Source: Haliotis cracherodii (Eukaryota). From it: a stretch of 64,000 nt of DNA. A program made the translations under genes and the position numbers. The notes beneath the pieces were generated by a model, which worked only from the letters and a program-made list of their open reading frames with translations, was not told the origin of the DNA and made no database searches. Positions 1 to 11,603 of the stretch are shown one piece after another. The first letter of the stretch is position 1, and every line of letters starts with the position of its first letter. The stretch covers positions 24,614,001-24,678,000 of the forward strand of contig NW_027266330.1 of assembly GCF_022045235.1 (NCBI RefSeq), written 5' to 3'.

Positions 1-853
1 ATTTTGACAGGAAACCACCGTCAAGCACGTCTACAGTGGTACAGACAGAGTCTACGCTGGACGGCCATGCAGTTGGGACAAGTTCTATTCACTGACGAGT
101 CTCGTTTTCACCTCAGTCACAGCGATAGACGGATTCGAGAGTACCGACGTCGAGGTGAACGTTACGTCAATCATTGTGTCATATAAGAAGATCGGTTTGG
201 GGGCGGCAGCGTTATGGTATGGGGTGGGATTACAGCAAGACAGAAGACCCGTTTGATAGTGGTAGAGGGAAATCTCAATGGACAACGCTACCGCGACGAG
301 ATCATCGGCCCTGTTGTTCTACCGTTTTTGCGTCGTCATGGCCCAGGCATTACCTTTCAACATGACAACGCCCGGCCTCATATTGCTCGACTTGTTCAAG
401 TATCTCTTCAACAAAACAACGTAAATCTCACCCCCTGGCCGGCTCCCTCCCCTGATCTCTCACCAATCAAGCACATGTAGGATGAGATGGATCGGCGCCT
501 TCGACGTCAACTACGTGTTCCACAGACACTCCAGGAACTTCGAAACATGCTCCAGCAGATATGGACAGATATCCCTCAGGAATTTGTGCGATGCCTGGTC
601 CATTCCATGAGACGAACATGTGTTGCTTGCATCGCAACCAGAGGTGGACACACACACTAATGATTTGTAAATCGACATTTTGGCATGTTCATGATTTTTT
701 ATGAAATCACGCATTTTCTGAAGTCACTATGGCAAATTAAACCATTTGAACACTTACAGGAGTCTTTGATCTGTTGCAAACCGAAATTGTTTCAGATCTG
801 TTAAAAAACATAACTTTCCATTAAATCTTATTCAATGTCACAGGAACTTTTGA
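1..853 (+). mobile_element. Tc1/mariner transposon relic (3' part of DD34E transposase, disrupted)
   Basis: Motifs VLFTDESRF, MVWGGI, FQHDNARPH and WPAPSPDLSPI across ORFs 4-186 and 214-480, with in-frame stops; C-terminal RGGHTH* at about 660. Confidence 0.9.
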
Positions 854-990
854 AGATTTCGATTTTGGTGCGAGATTTTGATTGGACTATGCATAGACTC
901 GTTAGTCCAGCCAAAATGTAACTCCATAATTCCAGCCTAGTTTGGCAAGGGTGGAAACTGGACTTTTATAGTCAGTTAACTCACTTGCCT
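854..990. mobile_element. Terminal fragment of the GAGGCAAGGG MITE family
   Basis: Ends in ggcaagggtggaaactggactttt...ttaactcacttgcctc, the same terminus as the element at 30348-30880. Confidence 0.75.
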
Positions 991-994
991 CGGA

Positions 995-1940
995 AAGATG
1001 GCAGACCGGTGGTAGGAGGATGCATATATTGTCCAAGGACACCTAACCCCAACATTCCTTTGTTTGTAGTGGAGCAAGAGAATGGAGAGGGTCCAATTAG
1101 AACTTTGCATCGGAATCATCTCCTCCCTATTGGAAGTGTTTTCTACAGAGACCGGAAGACCTAAACCAAAACCAAGAAAGAGAACTAAGATTCAAACTGT
1201 GACAAACAAACCAGATGACATACTGGAACAGGATGATGACCATGACAAGGTTATTTTGTCAGTTTCATCTACTCCTCGTATTGATTCTGTCTCTTCAGCC
1301 AGTGAGACATCCACAGGTAACACGATTGGTGCTGAAGTTCAACTGACGGAAATGAAGCAACAGGATGAAGGTAATTTAATCCTTGCTGAAGATGTTGTAC
1401 AAGATCGAACTGAGGAAGAAACAGAATCAGTGGAAGTTGACCGTACTGGTGATTCTCCATCAGAGTCCACATCGGTCACTAAAGATCAAGACGTCATGGA
1501 TGTTAAGGTCGTTTCGGATCCTGCCGATATCACCCATGTCTCCGATGCTGCTGATGGCATTGACACGGATGGTGCTCATGTCACAGATCTTGGCACTGTC
1601 CCGGATGTTGCTGACGTAGACCACGTCACTGATGTTGCAAGTGTCACGGACGTCATGCCAGAAAATCTTGAAACAGAGACTAAAAGTAGTCCCGAGACAT
1701 CTGGAGTGAACGACGAAAGGACTCGAGCTCCTGTGCAACATATTCTGCCAAGTCGGCCCTGCCGATCAAACAGAGTTACACGGCAACTAGTCGTGAGCTT
1801 GTAATGTCACAAACAGGTCGACCACTGGCTGTAGAAAGCAAGATTTCTGGAACATGAACTTTCGGCACATTGCCTTCTAAGGTATAAGATGTTTTTTTCA
1901 TCCGTCATCAGAGATAACTGATAGATGACGGGACCATTTG
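995..1940 (+). mobile_element. Gypsy-type LTR retrotransposon remnant (integrase C-terminal tail, frameshifted)
   Basis: About 1000-1135 translates ADRW*EDAYIV..PNPNIPLFVVEQENGEGPIRTLHRNHLLPIGS, typical of the region after the Gypsy integrase core. ORF 1082-1804 is the acidic low-complexity tail after a frameshift. Confidence 0.7.
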
Positions 1941-2274
1941 GATGGTATTTAAATGTCTACATTTGGTTTCTTTGTACATATCTATTTTACAATTATTGGA
2001 TGTAACATGGTGTTTTATATTTTATGGTTTAAAGGTAAAACAAGAATAAAAATAACGTACAAGTAATAAAAAGTGTGTTAAAAATATTGATGGTTGGTGG
2101 CAGTATTCTAACGTTTGTGGTTTTAAGCGAATGTCAATTAGATTGACATTTGGTTTTGTTTATCTATTAGTTTGTATGAATTTCATTTATCTGAATGGTT
2201 ATGACGTCAAAGCTATGTAAAGTATAATGCTGGATCAAGAGTATTGTCTCATTCTGGATTCAGGATGAAAGTTG

Positions 2275-2468
2275 TTTATCACCTAACCCTAATTCTTAGC
2301 TTCTCATTGGCTAATTTAAGCAACCCTAGAAAGCCACACCAAGGTTGCCTCACCTTTTCGGACATACCCTTTTCGACCAAACACCAAATGGCCTGGCGGC
2401 CCGTGCGCGAAATACGCATGTGTTGGAAAACGCACGTTAAATTCCTAATTTAAGTAAGTAAGTAAGCA
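2275..2468 (+). mobile_element. 3' UTR of an I/Nimb-like LINE with (AAGT)n tail
   Basis: aaatggcctggcggcccgtgcgcgaaatacgca...cacgttaaa followed by (aagt)n; homologous to the 3' ends at 4325-4800 on the minus strand. Confidence 0.7.
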
Positions 2469-2514
2469 CTGACATCCTATTCCAAATATCACGATCTGAC
2501 AATGACTGTAGTAT

Positions 2515-3460
2515 GTACGTGATGGCGACTCCTTTGAAAAAATATCTTGGACGGCACACGGAAAGAAAAGGCATTGTGACGAGATCTCTGTCAGGAGCCA
2601 AGGTGGCTGACGTTCCCGAGCTCCTCTGGGACATTGAGAGGTTTAAGGTAGGAGACGTCTTCATATCGTATCTTTGAACAGTTAAAGGAAGTAACATTTT
2701 GCACATTAAAAGGACTGTTCCACGCACGTAGTAATGAAGAATCAGTCATAATAAACTCAGCACTATGATAATTGAAACCGGTTTTGATGGCAGATACAGA
2801 CAGTGTGTGTATTTCCAAAAACGTACCATACGTTTGGATTTCAGTAAACGATACATCTGATGTGACCGTTATTTTAACATTGTTTTCAGTTCGTCATTGT
2901 CCATGTTGGGATCAATGACCTGGCTTACATACCCAGTACGCCGAGACAAGTCTTGGACAACTTCACCCAACTGCTTGGCTTTTAAGGGAACGGAACCAAC
3001 GGTATATCACATCATCTCCTGTCAAACACAATCCAATATTTGCTTGTAAATTACCGGCTCTTAAGGTGACCTTGCAATACACAGTCGCACATAGTCCATA
3101 ACGTTGTCAGATGACAACATATTATAATAGGTTCGTCCGATTTGTTTCACTTGACCAGAAAAAGTACTGTTTTGGTTGTTAATAACGTCGAAGATATTTA
3201 TGTTCCTACAGAGCTGTGGTATTCCTTTCCGGAGTCAACCCGAGAGATCAGAACCGATGGCGCCATGACCAGGGCATTTTACACCACGATGCCCTGAACC
3301 AGAAGGTCTACGCCCTAAACGAAGGTCTAAAACACCTTTCTGAAGCGGATCGACTAACGTAGTAGGACACCCTGAATTCATGTCAACCGGTACAGTGAGA
3401 AAGGACTTTATCGCGCATGTTGGGCTACATCTACGACCAGCAGGTCAAAAACAACTGCCA
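2515..3460 (+). pseudogene. Degraded SGNH/GDSL esterase-like coding remnant, probably TE-borne
   Basis: Scattered blocks GDS..KYL, SLSGAKVADV, VIVHVGINDL and (D)GLHL in SGNH order, with stops and frameshifts. Confidence 0.45.
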
Positions 3461-4325
3461 TCAGAACTGATCCGTGCTCTTTCTGAAAGCCCGGGCTAAG
3501 TCGGAACAAACACTTCTGCATGTTGGGCTACAACTACGACCAGCAGGTCAAAAACAGCTTCCAGAACTGATCCGTGCTTTTTCTGAAAGCTCGGGCTAAG
3601 TCGGAACAAACGGACAGAGATTTTCTTAAGAAAATATAGTGAAAGTGATCAGTTTACTTTAATTGAGATGTACTGATTAAAGTTGATTTTGACAGGACCT
3701 TGATTTCATTAACTACCGCGATCTGAGGCACTATAAAGTGGTATATAGGTAGATATAATACTAATCTATAGATGTAAACACATTTTTCGATGCATCTGTG
3801 TGTTAAAAATTGATTTTGACAGCCCGTGCCAAGTCGGACCCGACGCAAGCCAAACACTGCTGATAGAGACTATGTTGAGAATGTAGAGGGATAAGGGCTT
3901 CACTTTGAGCACCTTGTTTTCTTTAAATACCGCGATCTCTGACATTATAAAGTGGTATATAGGTAGATAAAATACTAATCTATAGATGTAAACACATTTG
4001 TTGATGCATCTGTGTGTTAAAAGTTGATTTTGACAGCCCGGGCCAAGTCGGACCGAACACTTCTGACAGACATTTTCTTAAGAAAATACAGTAAAAGTGT
4101 TTGACTTTAACGGATCAGTTTCCTTTCAATGCGATTTACTGTGACATTATAAAGTGGTATGAAGGCAGATATTATACTAATCTATAGTTGTAAACACATT
4201 TGATGATACACCTGTGTGTATAAAGTTGATTTTGACAGCCCGGGCCAAGTCAGACCCAACACAAGCCAAACACTTTTGATAGAAACTATGTTGAGAATGT
4301 AGAGGGAAAACGGCTTCACTTTGAG
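3414..4325. repeat. Complex tandem duplications (about 107 bp x2, then about 210 bp x3)
   Basis: gcatgttgggctaca...gctaagtcggaacaaac occurs twice; tataaagtggtat...ctaatctatag...gattttgacagcccg.gccaagtc occurs three times. Confidence 0.8.
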
Positions 4326-6180
4326 TATGACTGACTGACTGACTGATATAGAAGATTTAACGTGCGCTTTCCGACTTTAGCGTATTTCGCACACGGGCCT
4401 GGCCAGACCATTAAGTGTATCCCGAAAAGGGCGAAAGTGGTGTGTGCAACCCAAGAGGGGGCTTTTAGGGGTTGCTTAATTATATTGAATTTTTGGAATT
4501 TTTAAATTTGGAATAAATGCCGAGGAGGGTGGAGGAGGGAACTAAGGGAGCCGGGTGAGGTGGGTGTTTGTATGTTTATTGGATTTTGGATTGGTAGATT
4601 AATTAGTTTTTAGATGCGCTAAATTAGGTCTGTTTTGATTAGGAATATGCCTAGGGCCTTGAAGTTTTCTAGTTTATTTTGAGGGTTTTTCACTTTACTT
4701 ATTTACTTACTTTGGCGATTTAACGTGCGCTTTCCGACTGATGCGTATTTCGCACACGGGCCCGGCCAGGCCATTTAATGTGTTTCCGAAAGGGGCGAAA
4801 GTGGTCTGTGCAACCCAAGAGGGGGCTTTAGGGGTTGCTTATATAGAATTTGGGAATTTTGAGATTTGGAATAGATGCCGATGGGGTAGGGGAGGAGAAC
4901 TAAGGGAGCTGGGTATGGTGGATGTTTGTGTGTTTATGTAATTTTGATTTGGTGGATTATAGTGTTTTTAGATGCGTTTTATTAGTTCCGTTTTGATTAA
5001 GAATACGCCTAAGGCCTTGAAGTTTTCTAGTTTATTTTGTGGGTTTAGTATTGCTTCTAGAGTGAGAGCCTTGTTTAGATTGAGGGTGGTTTGTAATGCG
5101 GTTCGATGTGTTAGGTAGTGTGTGCAGTAGATGAGTGCGTGTTCTGGGGTTTCTAGTTGTTTGCAGTGTGGGCAGTTACCTGTAGTATTTTTTTAAATTT
5201 ATTTTAGGTGGTTATTTAGGCTGGTGTGTCCTGTTTGGAGTTTAGTGATTACTCTGTCGATTTTTTTTGATGGATGGAGAATTTTTGGTTTGGTTAGTGG
5301 TTTGATGAGTACTTTTTTTATTTGGCTATTTGAGTTTAGATATAGGTTATGCCATTTTTTGGTGATTTTTTGCTTATTTACGCTTTTAATTTCTGATTTT
5401 GAGATGGGTAAGTTTAAAGGGGAAGTGTACACGCAAAAATCACTTTCTTTCTTTTTCTAAACAAAACGCAATTTTAGAATTAGTTAGTATCTGTGTTTGA
5501 AAATATACACTCATTTTTTTTCACAGTGAAAGTAGGAAGCTCACAATAGTGTGAAAGTGATATGCCGTTATGAGGCCTTCGTTTTACGAGCGAAATAGGC
5601 CTGAGTTATCCCCCTTAGATTATGACGTAATTGGTGCCAATTCAACTGGGTCCCTGTCTATTCTCAACGCAAAAGATATCAAGGACCAGTTTGCGGTAAA
5701 ACAACATGGTCTACGACACACTCCGGCGCAGTGGTGACTCAGCATAACACAATTCTGGCTGGCATCTGAGATGCTAGAATCACAAAACTGTACCTACATC
5801 ACGTGAAGCGGCTCTAACAAAGCATGATGACGTCATAATGTTTATCAATTGGCACCAATGACGTCATATTGCAAGGGACATAAGCCATGGTGTTTTTGTT
5901 ATGGAAATAGAACACTTGGTAAATGTGAAAAATATAAATCGTTTTAGTGCAAAAAATATGTTAATTAAATATGATGTTTTTATATTTTTGTCTATGACAC
6001 TTCTATGTTAACACTTTTAATGTGGAAAAAGTACAAGAAAAAAAGGTTCATTTCCGTGTGAACTTGCCCTTTAAGCTTATTTCTGGGATTTTGAGGGATA
6101 GTTTAGCTGCCTTATCGGCGTTTTCATTACCGTATATTCCTACGTGGGCGGGTATCCACAAGAAGGTAATTTGTTTGCCT
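4325..6180 (-). mobile_element. RNase H-containing LINE (I/Nimb-like) 3' fragment plus a tandem second 3' end
   Basis: Minus strand 6075-6175 reads QITFLWIPAHVGIYGNENADKAAKLSL (RNase H). It continues after the TTAA insertion into LNLPISK...LQTGHT...CPHC...EH...C (zinc knuckle). 3' UTRs end in (AAGT)n at about 4695 and (CAGT)n at about 4330. Confidence 0.85.
5418..6070. mobile_element. Non-autonomous TTAA-inserting DNA transposon (Kolobok-like)
   Basis: TTAA at 5414-5417 and 6071-6074; imperfect TIRs aggggaagtgtacacg / cgtgtgaacttgccct. Removing it restores the LINE frame (ISLNLPIS). A related internal sequence is at about 54930-55255. Confidence 0.75.
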
Positions 6181-6826
6181 GCCGGCCCGACTTTTAGCCC
6201 CCCCCCCCCCCCCCCGCGTTATTCGCCTCTTACGACGAGCGTTGTGAGACAAAGTAGATTTAAAGTTTTTGTTGCAACAGCCCATGACACAACCGCAGGG
6301 GATGCCAGGCACGAGAATTAGACCATGTAGACATTTGAACCCGAGTTTTGAGCTTTGAGCGAAAACTATAATCCCTATCAAAGCTTCGAATACAAAATAA
6401 TTATGATAGCTGGCGTTTTTCAATTGCATGAAGGGTCATTAAGTGTTCACTGTAAATTTGATTGTTCAAATAACAATGTTTCATTTACATTTACACGGTC
6501 TTTGCAATTAATTACTGGATTAACATCCACACAATATGATAATCTCGAATTCGAAAGGCACACGTGTGAGGCACTCGTGTACGTTGCGTAGCGATAAAAC
6601 AACGTTTCTGATCCCATCGTTCATGGACGTATTGTGGGTTTGTAACCTCAAAACGCAACAGCTTGAATGTGATCGCGAACGCCTTCGCCTTGTAATAAAC
6701 ATGTGTTACCTTGTCAGATCCCTCAAAACGAACTCTATGTGTGTAGTAGAGGACGATAGTGTTCATGTGCTGATGTACCGACCGTCTTCTGCGTTTTGGT
6801 AATATGCACGTATGCATTGTTGGTAT

Positions 6827-6900
6827 CACGGACCTATATAACCTGGATAGGAAACGCAACAGATAGCCTCAGGTCATCTACGCCGCGCTACCGGCGATTG
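6827..6900 (+). repeat. Left terminal inverted repeat of the P element
   Basis: Inverted match to 14072-14145. Confidence 0.9.
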
Positions 6901-7883
6901 TTTTTCCACCTCTGCGGGGGGTCATCGCCAAGGCTCATGGGTAGATTCACTGACCAGCTCTTCAATTTTTGTCCGCTTATCGCTTCAAAAAATCCGAATT
7001 TCCCGTGTATTTCGCTTATATACAGACTTGAAAGGTAAGTGGATATTTTGTTTATATATTGTGTAATGGTATTCGGGACGAAATAAGACTTCTGAAAGTA
7101 ATTATTTTTGTTTCAACTGTCTTTAGATATGTGCACACCGGTCCATTGTTTTCGTCTTGCATCCAAGATGGCAGACAAGTGAAATCGTGATATTTGGCTG
7201 TTTTATTTCGCTATCTCCTTCGTTATCATCCAATAAAGTCCTTAGTTACAAGGGTGTGCTGAACATATGCTATCTGTACAGCAGTTATGTGTAAGAACAT
7301 CTTTGATAATGTTATTTCACAACGAATTACGAGTCCATGAAAATCGATGTTTATGCAAGAAAACTCGGAAATTTTTACACACACGCACAATTTGGGCGTG
7401 CTAAAACTTTTATTCTGATAGATATTTTTTCCCCCAAAAAAACCCAACTAATACCTTATATACCAATAAGCAACTATGCGGTTTTGTAATTACGAAACAT
7501 TTGTTAAATACTCTGTAATTAATGTTACAAAAATAGCTATAATTTAGCTTAAAATATAAGGAAATCTACTATAAATTCCCACTTGAAACATACATTTCAT
7601 GTCAAATAATGTTTCACATGGGTAGGTGTTGGAGAAAAATAATGATTCATAGCATATTCTATTTTCAGCCCATATTTCATGTTCCTAATTTCTGAAGTGT
7701 AATTCACTAACTTGTAAAATAATTATATCCAAGACTTTTTCTGCAGTAATATGATCTGTATGTTTTTATATTATAATTATAGGTTTCAACTGTCAATAAA
7801 TAATGCTACATGTCCACATGAGTACATTCTTGTTGATTTAACATGAAGAATGATAAAACAGGTGCATTATGTTCCATTTACAG

Positions 7884-10800
7884 ATGCCACGCCGAAAGAA
7901 AATGCCAGGTATTGGCCAGAAAAAGAAGCACTATAAAAGAAAATCTTCAAAGGTGACAACTTCATTGGACAGAGACCACAGCCATGCTCAAGTGAACCAT
8001 CATAGAACAGATGATCAAGTAATTGTGGAAAGGTTTGTTATTTTCTAGGTATATTACATGCCTTTTGCAAAGTATAGAAAATATATCAAGTTGATTTAAG
8101 GACATTTTATTGATTGTTGTTAAATTTAATCATTTACATTAGTTGTAAAGTATGTGAGGTGAAATGGAGTTACATGCCACATTCCAGGGTATTGCACTTG
8201 TATGGCAATGTTTTTATGTGGCTGCTTGTAATAGCCTAGAGTAAAGCCAATTGATATAATTTTTTGTCACATTTAAATAATTTGTATTAATTTTATGTGC
8301 CAATCCAATTGAGATGATATATTATTCTAAATATCTTGTTCCAGTTCACAAGATGAGTTTGGTGCTAAATGGAGTGAAGCCTGGGATGCCTTCTACCTTG
8401 GACATGGATCAGGCACTCGCAACAACACTTCCACTGAAGAACCAGAAGAAGTTGATTCAGACTGCAGTTCTGCTAATAGGTTCTATGTCATTTTACATAA
8501 AGTTTTCTGCTATAAATCACATGTGGACTTAGACAAGTTTGTCGAGAAACTATGGAGGGATAGAAGGTTTGAGTTATTTCAATTTTTGAAGAATGACATC
8601 AAGAGCCATACTGATGCATTGTCCGACTTCACAATTTCAAGGATAACTGATGATAACATCCAGCTTGTCCAACATTATCATGGAGAGTCTCCAACAGTCA
8701 AATTGTGTATGAACATAAGATCATCATTAGTTCCCTCTCTGCTTGTACACAAGATTGTGATTGACAGAGAACATGATATATGGACGGGTCTTCCCAAAAT
8801 TGTGATGTCATTTGGAGACCTTCAGAAGTTCTTTGATAGACTCAAACTTTGGGATGTTTGTGTTGGAAATCATGAGGAAGAGTTCACCAGTACAATGCCA
8901 AAATGGAGTACTTCCTACACAAAGACGAACCAAGTTCTTGCATACCATGAAGCCGATTTCTGTGCGAAGCGAGATGATATTGAGTACCACTCTACCATTC
9001 GATCAACCAAGTGTTCCATGTTGACTGTTAGAAAAAGGTGTAGCCATTGCAGTTTGTATAGAAACACACTTCGAAAGAAAGTTTCACGTTCAAAACAGCA
9101 AGAATCATCATTTTCTGAGAAGAAAACCACACCCCATAAACACATGTCCAAGGACATGATGATATCTAAGATTAAGGTGATGAAAGATAAAACACAGCAC
9201 CTGCAAACTGAACTTGACAAGATTCGACGCAGCATATGGAAGAGCATATCTGTGGAAGGACAGAAACTTAATGAAACTGACAATGTTGAACTTTTGGGAT
9301 TGCTGAAGAAACATACAGTTGATGTTGAAAAGGCCTTCCCCGATGAGAACTCGCTACAGAGGCTTTTCTGGGATCAGCAGTTGAAATGTGTAAGTTTGAC
9401 AGACAGAAGGCAAATGAAATGGCACCCAATGATCATTAAGTGGTGCCTTTATATTCGAAGCAAAAGCCAAAAAGCATACGATGCCACCAGAGATGCTGGA
9501 TTTATCTCCCTACCAAGCAGTCGAACACTGTTTGACTATTCACACTGGTTACCTGCTGAATGTGGCTTTAACTATGCCTCTGTGTCACATCTCAGGAATG
9601 AAGCAGCCCAGCTGGGAATGTTTCAGGAAGAATGGATGAGTTATGTTGGAATTCTTCAAGATGAGGTGAAAGTGTCTGAGGGGTTAGTTTACGACAGAGT
9701 AACTGGTGAGCTTGTTGGGTATGTTGAACTTGAGAAAACTGGCAATGACTTGTTGCATATGGAGAATTTAATTGCGAACACTAAGAAGAAACTAGCATCT
9801 TCCATTCTTGTCATAATGGTTAGAGGGATTACTTCTTCCCTGAAGTACCCAGTTGCCTGTTTTGCCACAAGTGGGATAACTGCTGATCTTTTGTATCCTG
9901 CTATATGGAAGGCTGTCCGATTTTTGGAAATTGAATGTAGATTAAAAATTCTGTTTGTAACATGTGACGGTGCATCTCCTAATAGAAAATTCTTCAATCT
10001 GCATCACTGTGAGGAACTTCAAAACACATACTGGACCTGGAACCCCTACTCATATCCTAGACGGAAGCTTTACTTCATTTCAGATGTCCCTCACCTCCTC
10101 AAAACCACCCGAAATTGTTTTGCCAATTCTGGAAGCCACAGCAAGTCACGTGACATGTGGAAAGATGGACAGGACATCAGGTGGTCACACATTGTTAGGT
10201 TGTATGAAGAATATGTGGAACCATCAATTTATGCTCATGCTCACAAATTAACGCGGGAGCATATTGATCTCACGCCTTTTGCTAAAATGAAGGTGAATCT
10301 GGCAGCTCAGGTATTGAGCAAAACTGTTGCGGATGCACTTGAACATTTGTATGATGATTCTGTGAGTGAGACTGTGAATTTTATCAGACAGATGAACAAA
10401 TTTTTTGATTGTTTAAATACAAGGAACTTGAATGAGGCAGACAGGAAAAGAAATACTAATTTACGAGAATATGTCGATCGAAATGATGAGAGACTGACAT
10501 ATCTGACAACTGAATTTCTTGGTTATTTCGATGCATGGGAAAGAGCTGTTTTGAACAGACAAGGGCCTCTCACGAAGAGTCAGAGATCTAGAATGATGTT
10601 GAGCAAGCAGACACTACATGGATTACGCATCACGGTTCAATCTATTGTGGAATGTGTTAGGTTCCTACTAGATGAGGGTGCAAACTTTGTACTAACTCAC
10701 AGATTCAACCAGGATCCACTTGAAGAACATTTCTCTCATTATAGACAAAAGGGAGGGGCCAACAGCAATCCTACTGTGTATGATGTGAAACATACCATGT

Positions 10801-10925
10801 CACAACTTCGTGTCATTGGTTCAACTGCCTTAGCACCAATTACAGGCAACATTACAAACAAGAGAGGACATAATGACATTCGAGTGGTTCACACCCCACT
10901 AACTAAGAGACAGAGGAGAAACTGA
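7884..10925 (+). CDS. P-element/THAP9-family DDE transposase, about 909 aa, lacking the THAP domain and C-terminal domain
   Basis: Exons 7884-8032 (MPRRKK..., phase-2 GT donor) and 8345-10925 (ccag acceptor, in frame with the 800-aa ORF); probable non-coding exon ending at 7034 (AAG|GTAAGT). Motifs: LPSSRTL, ILQDEVKV (D1), VTCDGA (D2), SDVPHLLK (DxxH), KMKVNLAAQ and FFDCLN (insertion domain), NQDPLEEHFS (E), GGANSNPT. Confidence 0.92.
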
Positions 10926-10958
10926 ACATTGACATTTGTGGTGTTTATTTAGTGATGA

Positions 10959-11127
10959 GGGGCGGTCGGGTAGCCTTGTGGTTCAAGCGTTCGCTCGTCA
11001 CACCAAAGACCGGGTTTGATTCCCGACATAGGTACATTGAGTGTACCCCATTTCTGGTGTCCCCCACTGTGATATTGCTGGATTATTGCTAAAAGCGGCG
11101 AAAAACCATAGTCACTCACTCACTCAC
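10959..11127 (+). mobile_element. tRNA-derived SINE (family A) inside the P element
   Basis: ggggcggtcgggtagcc...gtcac...(cact)n with A/B-box-like motifs; tatttagtga duplicated at 10946-10955 and 11128-11137. Confidence 0.85.
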
Positions 11128-11139
11128 TATTTAGTGAAG

Positions 11140-11370
11140 CCTGTGAAGATCCAGACTAGAAACTAGAATTGATCTTAAGCAAACCATGCTTCTTGTTAGT
11201 GGCGACTGCAGACCAGCTGTTCAGACTTGGGAACTTTATTAATGCATGTCATAAAATTTATGCTCATGATGTCTATCACTGGATTGTCTAATGCTGACTT
11301 GATTGTTTTTTTACTACCGTCATTTAGCCAAAATATTGCTGAGCACGGCTTTAAACAACAAACGAACAAA
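11140..11370 (+). mobile_element. Diverged family B retroposon inside the P element
   Basis: cctgtgaagatcc...ccatgctt...ggcgact...cactggattgtct...aaacaacaaac, matching the family B pattern. Confidence 0.65.
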
Positions 11371-11603
11371 TCTTGTGTTTTGAGACTAACAAAATAAAAA
11401 GTCAAAATAAGATCATTTGTATGTATTTTCTTCAAGATTATTTCTTGCAGTTTGAAAAAAGCACCCACAAAATAATGAGATAAAATGTACAGCTAATTAA
11501 GCACTAAAATATGTACAGTTATGTTATTCACTGATATTAGAACAATTTTTATATTACATGTACGAACAAATCAACTGGCACAAAATCCAAACATATTAAG
11601 CAG

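Noticed and set aside
1082-1804. 240-aa ORF as a host gene
   Set aside because: It is a low-complexity continuation of a frameshifted Gypsy integrase tail, and its start is out of frame with the conserved part.
4715-4790. Hammerhead ribozyme in the LINE 3' UTR (ctgatg...)
   Set aside because: The core is CTGATGC rather than CTGANGA, and it is not conserved in the sister copies.
6181-6826. Outer element hosting the P insertion (continuing at about 14153-14470)
   Set aside because: It looks repeat-like and truncates the LINE, but I could not identify convincing TIRs or a TSD.
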